Shown here piece by piece: positions 24,533-38,700 of a stretch of 64,000 bases of DNA; within the stretch, counting starts at the first letter, position 1, and each line of letters starts with the position of its first letter. Origin of the DNA: Antedon mediterranea (taxonomy: Eukaryota > Animalia > Echinodermata). The stretch covers positions 12,147,812 through 12,211,811 of the forward strand of contig NC_092675.1 of assembly GCF_964355755.1 (NCBI RefSeq), given 5' to 3'. The notes under the pieces were generated by a model. That model made no database searches and had not been told where the DNA came from. It worked only from the letters and a program-made list of their open reading frames with translations. A program made the position numbers and the translations under genes.

Positions 24533-26552
24533 TAGGTCCAGTTCACTGAGGTTCATTGGCTGTTTTTGTCTGTAGTTAATCATTTTTAGTTGGAAATTCC
24601 TATCTAAATTATTACTCGAAAATGGGAACATAAACTAGGCCGCATCGTGGCCCTGGAAACTATATTTTAGACTACGAAATAAAAAGATTGCGGGATGCTA
24701 ATTTATCATGATTTCCATTTCCCACAAATTATCGTACAGATAATTTTCCATCAATCCATTGAACGATTTTACAAATAATATGAAGAATGATATATAAAAC
24801 TAATGGCTTCTGTTATATTTAGTCTTTATTTATATACTGAGGAATGTATGACTAGTTTATTATTATCATGATTCATCTGTTCCGACTTTACTTAATGATC
24901 AAACTTTTCAGCGGATGTTTATTATTGACATGCATTGGTTCATGCTTTTTAGCTTCTAGCTACAGGTGTCTTCAGCGGTCTCCTTGTTCTTGCATTGAAT
25001 AATTAATGAGTGTTTAACACCTGGGTTTTGTTGATGTTACAGTGAGATAAAGATAAATAGCAATGGCAAATGACGTCAGAGATACAGGTATCCTATTTTT
25101 GTGATTGGTATTAAAAGTGTAGCTTAAACAAAAACTGGTTAAGACTAATATTGAAGGTAGCAACTATTTCATTGTTTAAGCATTACATAACTAAGTACAG
25201 CATTGAGTTTTAATTAATTAAAAGTCTACATTAACGAAACAAGTTAGTTGAAGACTTTCATGGGTTATCCTTGGCATCGCTATTTTGTAGGTTTTTGATT
25301 TTTCACTATGTTTCCTATATATTCATTGGTTTTGTACAATGCTGAAATAAATCAAAATATAAAATCTGTACTACATAAGCCTCCTGATCTTGTTGATGAC
25401 GACAATTGCTAAATAAATATTATCATTTATCATTTATTATCATTTATCATCTATCATCATTTATCATCATTAAATCATTATCCATTATCATTATTATTAG
25501 GTTTTCACACAATTAAATATTGGTATTAGTCAGGGTAGAATGTAAAATATGAAAAGTTTAGAGAAAAATATATCTGGCGAGAATATAGATTAAATCGTGG
25601 AATTTTAATAACTCTATTTTTTTGGCAGCAAAATTGGTACAGATTTCAAATTAGTTGGTTTATAAAGTTTTCAAAAAAATGTTAAAAAACTCTAATGATT
25701 GCATAGAAATGCCATTTATAGTGAGTAGAACTTTACTCTGTGAAATGTTTTGGCTGCAAAATAACTGTTTTATTAACCTTTGAATGCAACATTTTTTCAC
25801 GCTGCTGCTCTAGCCCGCTACGTCCCATTAGGACTACTCAATCAGAAGCTAAAGCATGCAGCAGTTATAGTTCTAAGGACAGACAGTTTTGTGAAAATGG
25901 AAACTCCACTATGATTTATTGATTCCAGCTGCTACAGTAGACCCAAAAAACGGCTGGGAAAGAGTCTATTAGGACATGTCATGCTAAAATTACAAATCCC
26001 TATATTCACTGTCAGTGTCAGATATTCATTGAATTATTATCGAAACAGTCCATTAAAGTTTGTGTTTGTAATAGGATACTTCACAATTGAAATATCTAGG
26101 GTGATGAAGTGACCCCCAGATTTGACCTTAGCAATAAAATTAACTAAAGTGAATTGAGTATTCACTTCTGTAACAAAAAAGTAATATTTATTCACATATA
26201 AAAAATGAAAAGAAACCCAAAAACCATTGTCTGACAGACAATTTAAGTATTTGTTGCTTTAAATTACATTTTTTCAGGTAAAATAACTATCTATTATGTG
26301 ACAATAAAATGACACATTCAAAAACATTTGAAATAAAAAATATTTATCAATATTAAAGCGAGCAGCGTTTTTTGTAAGAAATATTTCTTGTTTAATATGC
26401 CATTTTAATGTCACATAATATTTATCGACTTTGACCAAAAATGGGATGATAAAAAAAATGTATTTACCTAAAAACCTGTAATTTAAAGCAAAAAATTGTC
26501 AAATTGGCTGCCAGTAAATGAGTTTTTGGTTGAATTTAACCATTTATTTCAA

Positions 26553-26841
26553 TTAAAAGATTAGCTTTTTAAATCTACAAAATAATCTATTCAAAGTATG
26601 ATTTTATTAATCTTTATTTTTCATGTTTTTGGGGGTTTGTTGAGAAGTTTGTTGCAGACCATTTTAAACTGCTCAACTATTTAGGAAGTAAATTAATTAA
26701 TTTAAAAGATTAGCTTTTTAAATCTACAAAATAATCTATTCAAAGTATGATTTTATTAATCTTTATTTTTCATGTTTTTGGGGGTTTGTTGAGAAGTTTG
26801 TTGCAGACCATTTTAAACTGCTCAACTATTTAGGAAGTAAA
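26553..26841 (+). repeat. Tandem duplication, period ~149 bp, two apparently identical copies
   Basis: TTAAAAGATTAGCTTTTTAAATC...TTTAGGAAGTAAA at 26553 and 26702. Confidence 0.93.
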
Positions 26842-27286
26842 AATATATGGAAATCTAAATTTAGAAAGACATTTCTGTTTCAATGTGTTATGGTGATATT
26901 TAAAATGGAGGGAGAAGGTTACATTTGTTTTAATCTAGCAAAAATGAAAACATAAATTTGTTCATCATTTTTTTACCCCATTAATTTTTCAAAATTGGAC
27001 ACAATAGAACCTGCTTCAAATACCTGTCTAAACTCAATGTTATTTTAAACTGTTGTATATATTTGTGCTACTTTTTCTGTATTTAAGTTTATTTCATTTT
27101 TTCACTTTAGGGGGTCGAAGAGTCACTCGATAGTGTTTTGTTTCACTTTTTGACAATCCCGTCTACCCCATAAAGTGCTCTGTACCTTGTGATTTTTTAT
27201 TATTTATAAAAGACGAAATAAATGAAATGAAATACGAATTTTCACTATTTTCTAATTACTGATTTTGTCTGATATTTATTAATTTA

Positions 27287-27960
27287 TTAGTTATCGGTGG
27301 ATAACTCCTTGTAATTGTCCTGTTTCTTTTTTTTTCTTATATTATTCTTCTTTCTTTCTCCTCCATTTTTGTGTCTCGCATATCTCAAAAACTTGTACAC
27401 ATAACATTTCATAACTTTGTCTGCATATGGACATTTACGTGAAGTTGTGCACCTCTTATTTTTGAATGACGTCAGAGTTACGCAACATGACTTACGCACG
27501 ATTTTATGATTTCAATGATTGATCATAGGATTAAAACCAAAAGTGATATTTTATTGACACTTGGTGAAAGGTTAATTCTTATCAAGGGTCAACTTTTTGT
27601 GCACTAAAAATGGCATGATTTACAATAAGTTATATGCGCACACACATTAACAATTTTAAAATGCGCAAAATTAATTTCTAATCATATCTTCACAAGCATA
27701 AATCATAATTAAACCAAATTTGGTACTCATAAATTTCTGGACATATTTCATCATATGGCAATACATTTACGTTCGTAGCGCATATAACGCATGTGTATGC
27801 GTGCTTAAAATTTTCAAAATTTATGTTCGATGAAATTAGAGTATGTTTCAGCGTTGCCATTAATGTGCAGATTTTTGCACGAGCACTGAGCTTTAAACGT
27901 TTCACTCTTTTGCCCAATTTCTGTTTTACAACCTTTCTTTAATAATATCATATTTGATTC
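27287..27960 (+). mobile_element. HINE 5' portion
   Basis: TTAGTTATCGGTGGATAACTCCTTG head, TC-rich microsatellite, core GACATTTACGTGAAGTTGTGCACCTC shared with 55316 and 58374; 3' boundary approximate. Confidence 0.75.
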
Positions 27961-30169
27961 ATTTTTCAACTTGAAAATGCGTTATACGATCATGTCAAAA
28001 GTGACAGGTTCCGCACGTGTAAATGGGGAAAAAAGGCTCAATTTAAAAATTACTATAGATCGTCAAATGCTCGGGAACCCCTGTTTTGCATTTCATTTTC
28101 TTAAAAAAAAAAGTTGATGAAGCCATCATTAATTGCATATTAAAATTTAAAGAACCTAATTTCGACAATCAAATAAATTTTGACATTTTCTTAGGCCGAA
28201 ATAACAAACTTAACATTAACTTAAATGTTCATATATTAAAGTTAAAAGTATATAGTTTGAGAGTGCATCATTTTTTTTTATTTTTAAAGATATCATATAG
28301 TAAAAAAAAAATCATTGCGGTATGTAATAATTGTGATAATAAGTGGTTACTGCATAGTACATACGGTACACGGAGGAATCTTTCTTCAACTTTTATTCAG
28401 TGTATATATGGCTCTGTGGTCTGTGACACTCGAGGTACCGAAATCGAGTCTCACCTTGGGAAACAAAATTAAAGACGATTTTTTTTTAAATATCCGTATT
28501 GTTTGTTAAATTTTATTTCTTAGTGTATAAATTAATTATACACCTGATTCATATAGAAATCTAGAGAAACTTTTGTCTTTATTATTATGTAACAAGTGTG
28601 GTTTATGACATATATACGGAGGGACCTTTGATTGGGTTGTTGTACAGTGATACCGGCTATTGTATTTGTGGTACCCAGATCCTATCTTTCATACATTATA
28701 AATAATTAAATATCATGACAAAATCAATATATCTTTTAAAAAATCAATTATCCTATTTAAATCAATGCATATAACCTTTAATTCATCAGTGACGAATTAA
28801 ATCTAGTTCATTTTATTTTCTAAAGCACTGCATTTATTCATGTGAAAGAAAGCCTTCAGGTCATATTTCAAAATCAATTAGAAATGGACATTTCACCATT
28901 AGCTGTACAACCTTATTTACATCCAGTTATTAGTTTGATGATCCCAACATATTCCATGCTTCAAATCACCCTTTTAATTAAACATTGCAGACTTTCATAT
29001 TTTCTTTTTGCATAGGTTCATATATTTAAATGACCTTTTTAGTGAAAATTTTCAATAAAACTTCAATTAAACATATCTAAAAAATATAACAGCTATAGTA
29101 CCTTCCTTATTTGACTTGGTCCAGACTAATAAAACCTTAAATTAAATACATGAGAGTACATTTTGTAGAATTCTTTTTTTGTTACTATGAGAAAAGAGCA
29201 CAATTTTGGCCAGGGAGCTTAAATATAAACTCAACAGCTGATTTGTAGTGAGTGTATCCATTCCATAGAATTCTATAGGATCTACTGTACTTAAAAATAG
29301 ATTCAATTAAAAAAAACAAACACCTCATGAAGAGGAAATAAGTAAAATTGAATTACGACTGGACAACTTGTCATGATGGACAGTACTACTACTAAAGTGT
29401 GTAGGCTGTTTATTGTGGTGCATACATGCATAGAGAACATAAAGGTGTCAAGACTTTAAAGTATTTCCTATTCATAATATTATTTGAAATTTGTTATGCA
29501 TTATTTTGCCAGTTAAATAAGGAATGCAGTAAAGTTCTTTTAATTTAAATGAGATTACTTTTATAGCACTCTTGAGCAGCCCAGTAGGTAACCAGCTACA
29601 AGTTGTTTTTCTTTAATTCTATAATACAAAACAGGTTTGTGACCCTTTAAAGGCAAATTTGTAAAAGTATTTTGATTGGGTAATTGAATTTATTAATAAA
29701 AAAATACACAATAACATATGGAGTGGCATGGAGTAACAACACGATTTTTTTATGTTTACTTTTTAGGTGAATCTTTTTATGTGATTTCTTTTAGGAGGGA
29801 TCAGGAGGCAATAATTTTTGAGTGAAAAACATTGATTTTTGTCTATTATACGGTCATGAAAAGATCAAAATATGCAGAGCCTATGTCTAGCAATTGATAT
29901 TAAAAATTCTTATCATTTACATTTTGTCGTCATATAAATTTCCAGCAAACTTGATTTAAATCAATATATTCCATTATAATCAATAAATAGTATTGATATT
30001 ATACAAATAATGAATGCTGTCATTTGAATCAGATTGAATAAAGGTAGGCTTAGGCACATTTGATTCACATTGAAACAGTAACATTTATTTGGTTTTTTTT
30101 TAAATATTATATTTATTTCGATTTTATAAACACACCTAGTGTAAAGTTAATTATGTTAATTAATTAAAA

Positions 30170-30950
30170 AATATGGCGACGTCAAAACATCCGGTAGATA
30201 TACATTTTACATGAATTGATATCTACAACTCATCGGCTTCCATAATAATTAATATTTTTTTTTTAATTGCTCCATATTATGAAGTACACTTTTGTAAAGT
30301 TTCATTGAAAAATGGATTTTGTTCAGAATTTCTGATCAACCATAAAAATTCTGCACAAATCTAATGTCATAACGAAGTTTCCTGCACATCTACAATTAGA
30401 GGTCAATCTTCTGACAAAGGTTATAAAATCTTATGTTGACAAGAATTAGAGATACAAACAAAAACAAACAAAATTTGTGGAAAGAATAAGATAAAACTAG
30501 ATTTGAATTCGACGTGCTCGTAATCAAAGTGAATAACTATTATGTGACAATAAAAATGGCAATAATGTTACGTTATCGTATGACGTAATTTTAAGACAAA
30601 ATTATTTAAAAGTTGGTAAAATTACTAGAAAAGGCTGGAAAAACAAAATTAGAGCGAAAAAAAAAGAAGTTTTTAGCGCTACGTGCGGAACGCATGCGTA
30701 AACATTTGCGAAATTTTAAAATTTAATTTTTTTTAGCACATTATACAAATTACACACAATAAGTTTCAATTTAAATTGTTATATTGTTTTCGATCTATGT
30801 TAAATACGCGAAATTCATAAAGTCGCGTGTAACTTATGCTGCGCAGCTCTAAAGTCATATAACAAAGTTTCCTGCAAATCTACAGCTACAGTTCAATCTT
30901 ATGACAAAGTTATACAATCTTATGTTGGCTAGAATTAGAGATATACGTGC
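30170..30950 (-). mobile_element. Two decayed HINE-related copies, one nested in the microsatellite of the other
   Basis: Repeated CTACA..AGGTCAATCTT.TGACAAAG.TATA.AATCTTATGTTG at ~30390 and ~30880; internal ACTAGATTTGAATTCG terminus at ~30497. Confidence 0.6.
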
Positions 30951-32199
30951 ATCTCTAGGAAGTGGTGTAACTGTCGGACAATTTAATTCATAGTTGGTTT
31001 AATTTATCATAGAATTATTACAGATTTAAAAGTCAATTTAACAACTTTACCGGTGATTTAAATTTGCGGAGGGTTTATAAACAGAAGTACATAACAATGT
31101 AACTATGTTAGATAGAAATGTACCAAAGAAAGTTAATAAGCTTTGTTTACCAACATTCTAGCTGTACGGTGGTTGAAAAACTAGTCGAGCAGGATTCGTT
31201 GAGCGTATTGTGTGCTGAAGCAGCAATCTTTCCCGCGAAACGAGGCGGAGCGGAAGTAAACAAAGCAGAACCGATACTGCTGTGTATGGCCTGGTTTACA
31301 ATTAGCCTAGTTTGGTCGATAATAAAAAGTAGAGTATAAGGTGTTTTACAAACATCGCTATTTGGGTACATCATTGTGAAATAAATAGTTTCCCTTACTA
31401 AAAACAGAGGGGGCGTTTATTAGGGGCTTATTAGAAACAATACGGTAGGCCTATTGTCATTAGTGGTTAAATTTTAGTTATTATTCATTTTATATATCCA
31501 ATTGGCTCTTAATTATTGATTTAATATAAATGTCCAGTCCTTTCAATTCATGTTACATTTTCGTTCCAAACATTTGATTCAAGCCTAACACATTAAATTC
31601 ATGGCGAATCTTCCACGTTTATAAACGTAGGTTCACTTTCTATCATGTCCATGCTGCTAAATATCGAACCCACTTCCTGGTATGTCTTCATCATGAATAG
31701 ACTAAAATACCGCGTTGCTACAGGGTGAGTATTCAGCGCATATCAAAAAAGAATTTCATCGCAAACTTCAAATGTGGTTTTTAAACTAATTGAATGATTT
31801 TTAAGTTTATGAAATGTAATAACTTTTTAAGTAATGATTTTTTAATTATGATTTAAACAATCCTAATAATATATATAAAAAAAATACAAAATGAAAATTT
31901 CCGACAAAAGTAGGGTTTTGCCAGATCGGGTCACATCAGTTACTAAATACCTACGAAAAACAAAACGATCGCCATGTTAATATACAGTAAATAGCTCAAC
32001 AAACAATCCCAATAGTTTGCTAGAAAAAAAAATGTCATTTATATTTAAAAATCTAGATCGCGAAAATCGATCATTTGACTGTGTCTAACCCTCCCTAAAA
32101 AACTTTTCGGATTTGAAATACTATCGAGAGGTTCAAAATAATACTTAAAAACACAGAAATCCGCGGATCCAAGGAGGAATCTCATCCGTGGTACCGATT

Positions 32200-32700
32200 T
32201 ATAATGCTTCTTTAAAACAAATTCAAAAGAGTTAAGAGATTGACCATAATTAGGCAACTTATTCCACTCATCATTATCGGTATCTATCAATGATAATCTA
32301 CTATGTATACCTGATTTTGGTTTATAGATAGACTTTCTTGTCGTAGAAAATCTAGTTCTATAATTATGAATTTGGTTTGTAAACATAAAATCTGTTTTTA
32401 AATACTCAGGATATAAACCATTTATTATTTTGTAAATCTGAATAGATTTCCATTCTGAAACTCTAGTCAACACTGGCAGCCAATATGAGTTCGAGGATCC
32501 AGTCCTAAAATACATCTGATCCTTATTTTGGGACGTTTGGAGTTTGTTTTTAAGATTTCTAATAAGGGGGGGAAACCATACACAGCAACCATAGTCATAA
32601 TAACATTGAATAAATGAGGAGGCAAGCAATTTTAAAGATTTTGGCGTTAGATATTTTCTATTTCTAAAGAGAAATTTAAGTTTTCCATGGACACTACATT
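32200..32700 (-). mobile_element. Degenerate CR1/L2-group (Crack/Daphne-like) LINE 3' fragment
   Basis: ORF 32045..32758 contains KLKFLFRNRKYL..LASSFIQCYYDYGCCVW..KLQTSQNK..WLPV..IHNYRTR..WNKLP, post-RT motifs of this group. Confidence 0.8.
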
Positions 32701-35700
32701 TATTTTTGTCTTCATTTAATTGAGTTTCAATAGTTTTAACATTTTTACCAGAAACCATTAACGCAGCGTTTTATTGTTCTTTCTGCACAAAGCAGACCAT
32801 GTGTTTACTGACTGACTCCATTAGCAAATAACGTACTGATGGATGGCCGGCCGGGCTACATTATTTTTTCTCCTATGAAGATAAGGCAGAAATCATTAGA
32901 TTAATTATGGACATCATAGGGGTCACTATACATTTGCATCCAATACCTTGTGTCAACTGGATTTGCCATGCCAAACAGTTGGTTAATAGGCATAGGCCTC
33001 AGACTAATGGTCTGGCACTTTGGGTTCAATGCTCATCAACATCATCCGTATTTTTTTTTAATAGTTAAGAGAGATTATTTAGAGGGTTAGGTTAAGTAAT
33101 ATTTAGTAGGTTAGCTATCTTGTATTAAATTCTTTATCATAGAAATAATTAGGTTCATGAATTATTTATTTCTGCCTTAACCTAATGGGAAACAAATAAT
33201 GCCGGGAGGCTTCCACATTGCTTTTTATTCTTGAGTTGCTGAATTAAAATAAAGTTAGTTTTTGCATCCATGGTATCATCGGAAAGGGTAATACTGATCA
33301 TTTTATCCCATTACATCCATATCAAAAAATGCATAGTTATTTAACAATAAAACAAGTCACATGACCAATAAAGGTCAAAAGGTCAACATTTAATTTTCTC
33401 AAATACTTTACTGTTTGGTATCATAGGATAGCTTTTTTTTTATTCTGAATAGTTTTACTAATATCTATTCGATTTTCCTTTGTTTTTTTGTCATAATGTT
33501 CCAATTATGTACATAAATTGTTTTTAAATGTACAATGAAAAAGGTCGCTTTTTCGTATTAAATAAATAAATACGGTTGTTCTTATTGGTTTAACAATTCA
33601 TTCAAATGTTGGTAACATTTATCTGGTTATAATAATTTTCAGTGTGTGAAAATATTTTAGTATAAGTTTAATTTCTAAAACTATTTTTCTATCCTATGTA
33701 CGAGCTGTGCGCACAATCATGTGTGCAAAACGCAAAAATAAAATGGTGAAAAACATTGTCGCGTTGTAAAATTCAAAAATTATCAGCTTGTACGTATTTT
33801 TTTCACAAACTTTTCTGTGAAGACGATTTTTAGAAGATGGGAAAACCATTTTCATGCATAAAAGATTTTAAAATTTGTCTGAAAATCATAATAATACTAA
33901 ACCACCTGAAGATAAACAATAAAATACAATTAGCTAAGAATTAAGTGACCCATTCCCTACAATTTTTGACGTTTTGTAAAAATAATGCATATATTACTTT
34001 AAAAACATTAAACTACAGTAGGTCATTCCTCGTCTTAAATTTCCGTTTTATGGTAAATTATGATAAAAAGAGAGAAACAATGTACTACAAAGTAGCTCGT
34101 GGTGAATGTCTTCTCGTGGACGGTCTTTAGGCCTAGCCTAGCTAGGCTTAGTTTTGTAGGCCTAACTGGTAAACAACGGTAATGTACGAACATCGTACGC
34201 TAGATATATATATATATATTTTTAATTTTTTTATATGTTACGATATAGTATCCTTGTATTTTCGTATTCATGACTTTTTTATATTTATATTTAATTGTTT
34301 GAGAGCTTGTCAACGAAACAAATTTCCTTTTTGATTAATAAATTTATTAGACTGTTTAAAGATGAAAAAAGTTATCTCAATAGGACCATATAGTTTTTAT
34401 TTTTACATTAAATGTAGTTTGTGACCTTAAATTAGATCTAAAAAATGTAGGGAATGGGACTTTAAGAATGCCGAAAAATACTATGCATAGCCATAACACT
34501 TGATTTTGGCCCTCTGTTGGCAGAACCTCCCGTAAAGGGTCACCTCCCCTAAGCGGCCACTTTTCCCGGTCCAGAGGGTGGAGGTTCAACTGTATAATAA
34601 TAGTAGATAACCACTTTTGATTCCCATATAAAATAAATAACTCAAAGGGGGATTCTGGGTTTAAAATTGCTTTTAAATATCGTTTATTTATTAAATAAAA
34701 AATATGATAACAATATACGGTAGACATGTCAGAATGAAGAAGTAATAACAAGAAATTAAAAAAATTAAATTTCATATACATTTTAGGGTAAATTCATGGA
34801 AAGTCTGTTTTTCAGCAGCTTAGGGAAGCTCATTAATATTCATGAGATATTCACAAAATCATGTCATCAGTGGATTCCAAACTCACGACGTCCTGTACGT
34901 TGTGTTTGTCAACTAATTTACATCTCTCTCCCCTGTCAAACGATGACCACCCGATCATAGTGAAATACATTTTTTTGTAGACTTTCTAAGCCTAGGCCTA
35001 AAGTGTAATAATAACAGTAGTAGCATATTTATTTGAAATTTAATGAAATACAAAATTTAGTACAGATCATGGAGTCATAAATTATACTATTTTTATACCT
35101 CATAGTATATGCCAGAATGGCTACGTTAAAACATTGGGGCCCATGGGCCTATTAGCCTACTAGAGGATTGGCCCACAAATAACAAAACTCAGTGGATTCC
35201 AAACCCATCCTATCAACCAAACTCCTAACCAATCTACCGTATATTTCGGTGTATAAGTCGCACTTTTGACACGCAAATTTGACCTCTAAATTAAGGGTGC
35301 GTCTTATACACCGAACATAAATGCCTCACCACACAGATTGTACATGGCCTAGGCTAGGCCTAGGCTATCGTCACCTCGTTTGCTAGGCCTAGCAACAGTA
35401 ACTAACTAACGTAACGGCAACCTGCTTCTGCCTAGTTTTCAAGGCATTTTAGCATGATGTTATACTAAATATGATGAAAAGATTTGTTCATTATGGCGAT
35501 AAAATTTCATTTGTAAACGTTTACGTACGATTGGAATAGTATTTATTTATACAGTATTTATACGCACGATCGCCGTACCCCCAGCGCAAGCCCTCTTGGC
35601 GGCCACATGGTGTACGGTATTCGACTAGTATATTCTCCAGGTGATTATAGCATGGACCTAGCGTACACACTTCAATTCTCGGATACATACATAGATACTA

Positions 35701-35775
35701 ATCGAATACGATTGTCCATGAAAACGTGCGCCCTCTCGAAATGATCGAGTGAGGCTAGCCCACACGTACATGTTA

Positions 35776-38700
35776 GGCGTCATGTCAAAATGTTTAAAAA
35801 CGATGACTATGCGTGAAACGCGTATTCTTTTGTTCTTTAAACTTGACCGTACTTCCAATTGTGAAACAACGTGAAAAACGCTAATATGCACAGCTCAATA
35901 TTAGTCCCGCCCCCACTGCATGCTTGACTAAATATTTGCATAAACGCGTTAAACATAACAATAATAAATCGTTTTTTTCGTTACACGCATATATTTTGTT
36001 TAAAAAAAACAAAAAACTAAATCGTAAAAGTAAGTTGGTACGTTGTCAATCGATCGCCGCTAGGCCGTACATACGCTGAACCTAGGTACGTAGTAGCCTA
36101 GGTCCAACCTATCCTTGATTTAAGGTGCGTTGCGATCTCATAATACATAATAATTATTAACCTAAAAAACAATGAAATCGCAGATAGCCGAATGTGTAAT
36201 AACTGTAAAATGCAACTGTAATACAAATAAAATACCTATTTAAAGTTTGCTCTGTAAACAACAAAAGCCGATCACTCTTGGCAGCCCATCATTCTCACCG
36301 CAGTGCCATTATAGTGCGATGTTGATAGGTGGAGTATTGAGTCGTTTTATGATTGATACTCCACTGCCCACGTTTTTATACTAAAACTACTGTCAACACT
36401 TAACCAAGAAAATGAATTTCTACTGCTACCACTGTTCAATTTCTACTGTTATAACATTTTATTGTAATGCTTATTGTATACAGTCTTTAATAATCCTAAT
36501 TAATAAATTATCTACGCGTCGATCGTAGGGTGGTGCGTAGGGTTAGTAAACACCATTGTTATCGCCTTTAGAAGCATGGACATTGCAAACAAACAATGTT
36601 TTGTTCGCTATTTAAAATCCTATCTAAAGCTAGAAGACGTCAATTTTTGTAGCCGCCCTATGCTGTTAGGTTAACCTAATTTGGCCGGTCATCCGCCGAC
36701 GAGACGACATCGGGCCCGTTGGGAAAGGGGCCTTTAGCTCACGCAGAGAGGTTGGGTTAGCGAATTATAACAAAAAAATAGACATCTAGGCTAGGATACC
36801 AACAAAATATATGCAAAATAAATATATATTCCATGTTAAGATTTAAGATAAGCTTTTTAAATAATCATTACATGCGTAAAGAAAATGCCCGACTGGAATT
36901 TGGATGGAGGGAAGAAAACATGTGACTCTGAGAGGTTGCGGTAAACAGCAAAGAGTATCGTGTTTCATGGCATGTGACCAAAAAAAAACTAGGTCTGTAC
37001 TTTTAATTACGGTCTTCTGTCGGCAGTCTTTTTGAGCGACCGATTGAACGTTCTGATACTAGATACTGGACTATATTATTTTTATTTTTCATGCCGCCAT
37101 TTTTAACATCTTTTTTGCCGACGTACTTTTGTTTAAGGGCTGCGTAAAGCCTAACATTTTTCTTATGCAATGGAAAACTGCGCGTGCGAATACGTGAAAT
37201 GTTTGATTCACACGACTAAATTCGCCTAGTGGAAAACAGACTTTAAGAATTTCGTTTTCAATGCGAACGTCTACGAAAACTGCATTAAACGTGGCGCTTA
37301 ATGTGTATAGGCTACTTCAGTTTTGTTAAGAAAAATATTTATTTTATTTTTGGATTTAGGGTGGGGAGGACTATAACTTCTTTATATTTATCGTGACGAT
37401 TTTTCAATCATAAAATAAAACGGGACACAATGACTTATAACTAGAGGCCTAATGTATTTTAAAAATATTCCATACCGAACGATTTATTCAAATAAAGAAC
37501 ATTTTTTATTAATTATTTTTTCCCAAACAAACTAAAGACAAGATGACAAACCACCAATTGAAATTAAACAAAACTTTTATTAAACATTTTTAGTATCTAT
37601 AATAATATATAATTGTTTTTGTTTTCTTTCGATTATTATTATTATTATATAGTATGTTAAACTAAATGATCAGAGCATGATCCTATAGAAATAAATGTTG
37701 TTATTTTGCAAAGCATTGTTTTGTTGAAGCGTTTGTTTTTTATTGATCCATGAATAATATGTGGTGGTTAAAATAGAAATTCGTAAAATAGCACAGCTTT
37801 TACATTCAGGAAATAAAACTAAAACGCATAGCATCATAATATACAAAAAAAATGAACCGATATTTTTTTCACTTTTAAACAATGATTGTACCATCATTGT
37901 ACTGTTGTACATATTCCTATACCAAAATGAGTAAAGAAAATTATTAACAGAAACTTGACGACGAACTTACTCTATAATAATACCAATAAATAATCAAAGG
38001 TAATAATAATCAGCGTGATTTGATCAGGGAGATTTTACATCTCCCTGATTTGAAATATAGAAGGCATGATACAAAAACAGAGCAACATTTTTTAACTGTA
38101 TTATAAACCGTATTTACGTTACTGTATATTTTTGGCAGCGGAAACGGCGCTCCAAAAGATATACCGTATTTTCCCAACCACATTTGTGGATAAAATACAG
38201 TATTCATAAATTTATATTGTATTTTGAGTACCCTTTTCTGCGCCAATAAAAAAAGACCGTTATTTTAATTTGCTGAGTTAAAATGTTGAACATTTAATTT
38301 TCACAATGTAATAATACTTAATAGTGCACAGGAAGAGACTGTTATGTAGTTAATTTATGCAAGCATCCACATATTTTTCATTTGGCTAGTAGTCTTTTGT
38401 GTCTATTGTCCTTCTATTCTGCATTATGCTGATTAATTCATTTCTTTGGTTAAGTGAAATGTCAACTTACTATTTTTTTGTAGACATAGGTTGCATCGTT
38501 TAATAATATTATAATTGTTATTTTTTGTAAACAAAATATTGTCCCCTTAGGCCTATAGAATCACAAAAAAATGTTTTTTTTGCGATGACGTCATTATACG
38601 TTTCACATTCATTTACGCGAATCTCGCGATGTCAGTAGTGTGCTAGACCATTATCTTTCCGGAAGATAACGTCATCACGTCAAAAAATTTGAATGATGTG

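Noticed and set aside
28086-28509. 128-aa and 64-aa ORFs
   Set aside because: Low-complexity F/I/K/N composition typical of AT-rich non-coding repeat DNA.
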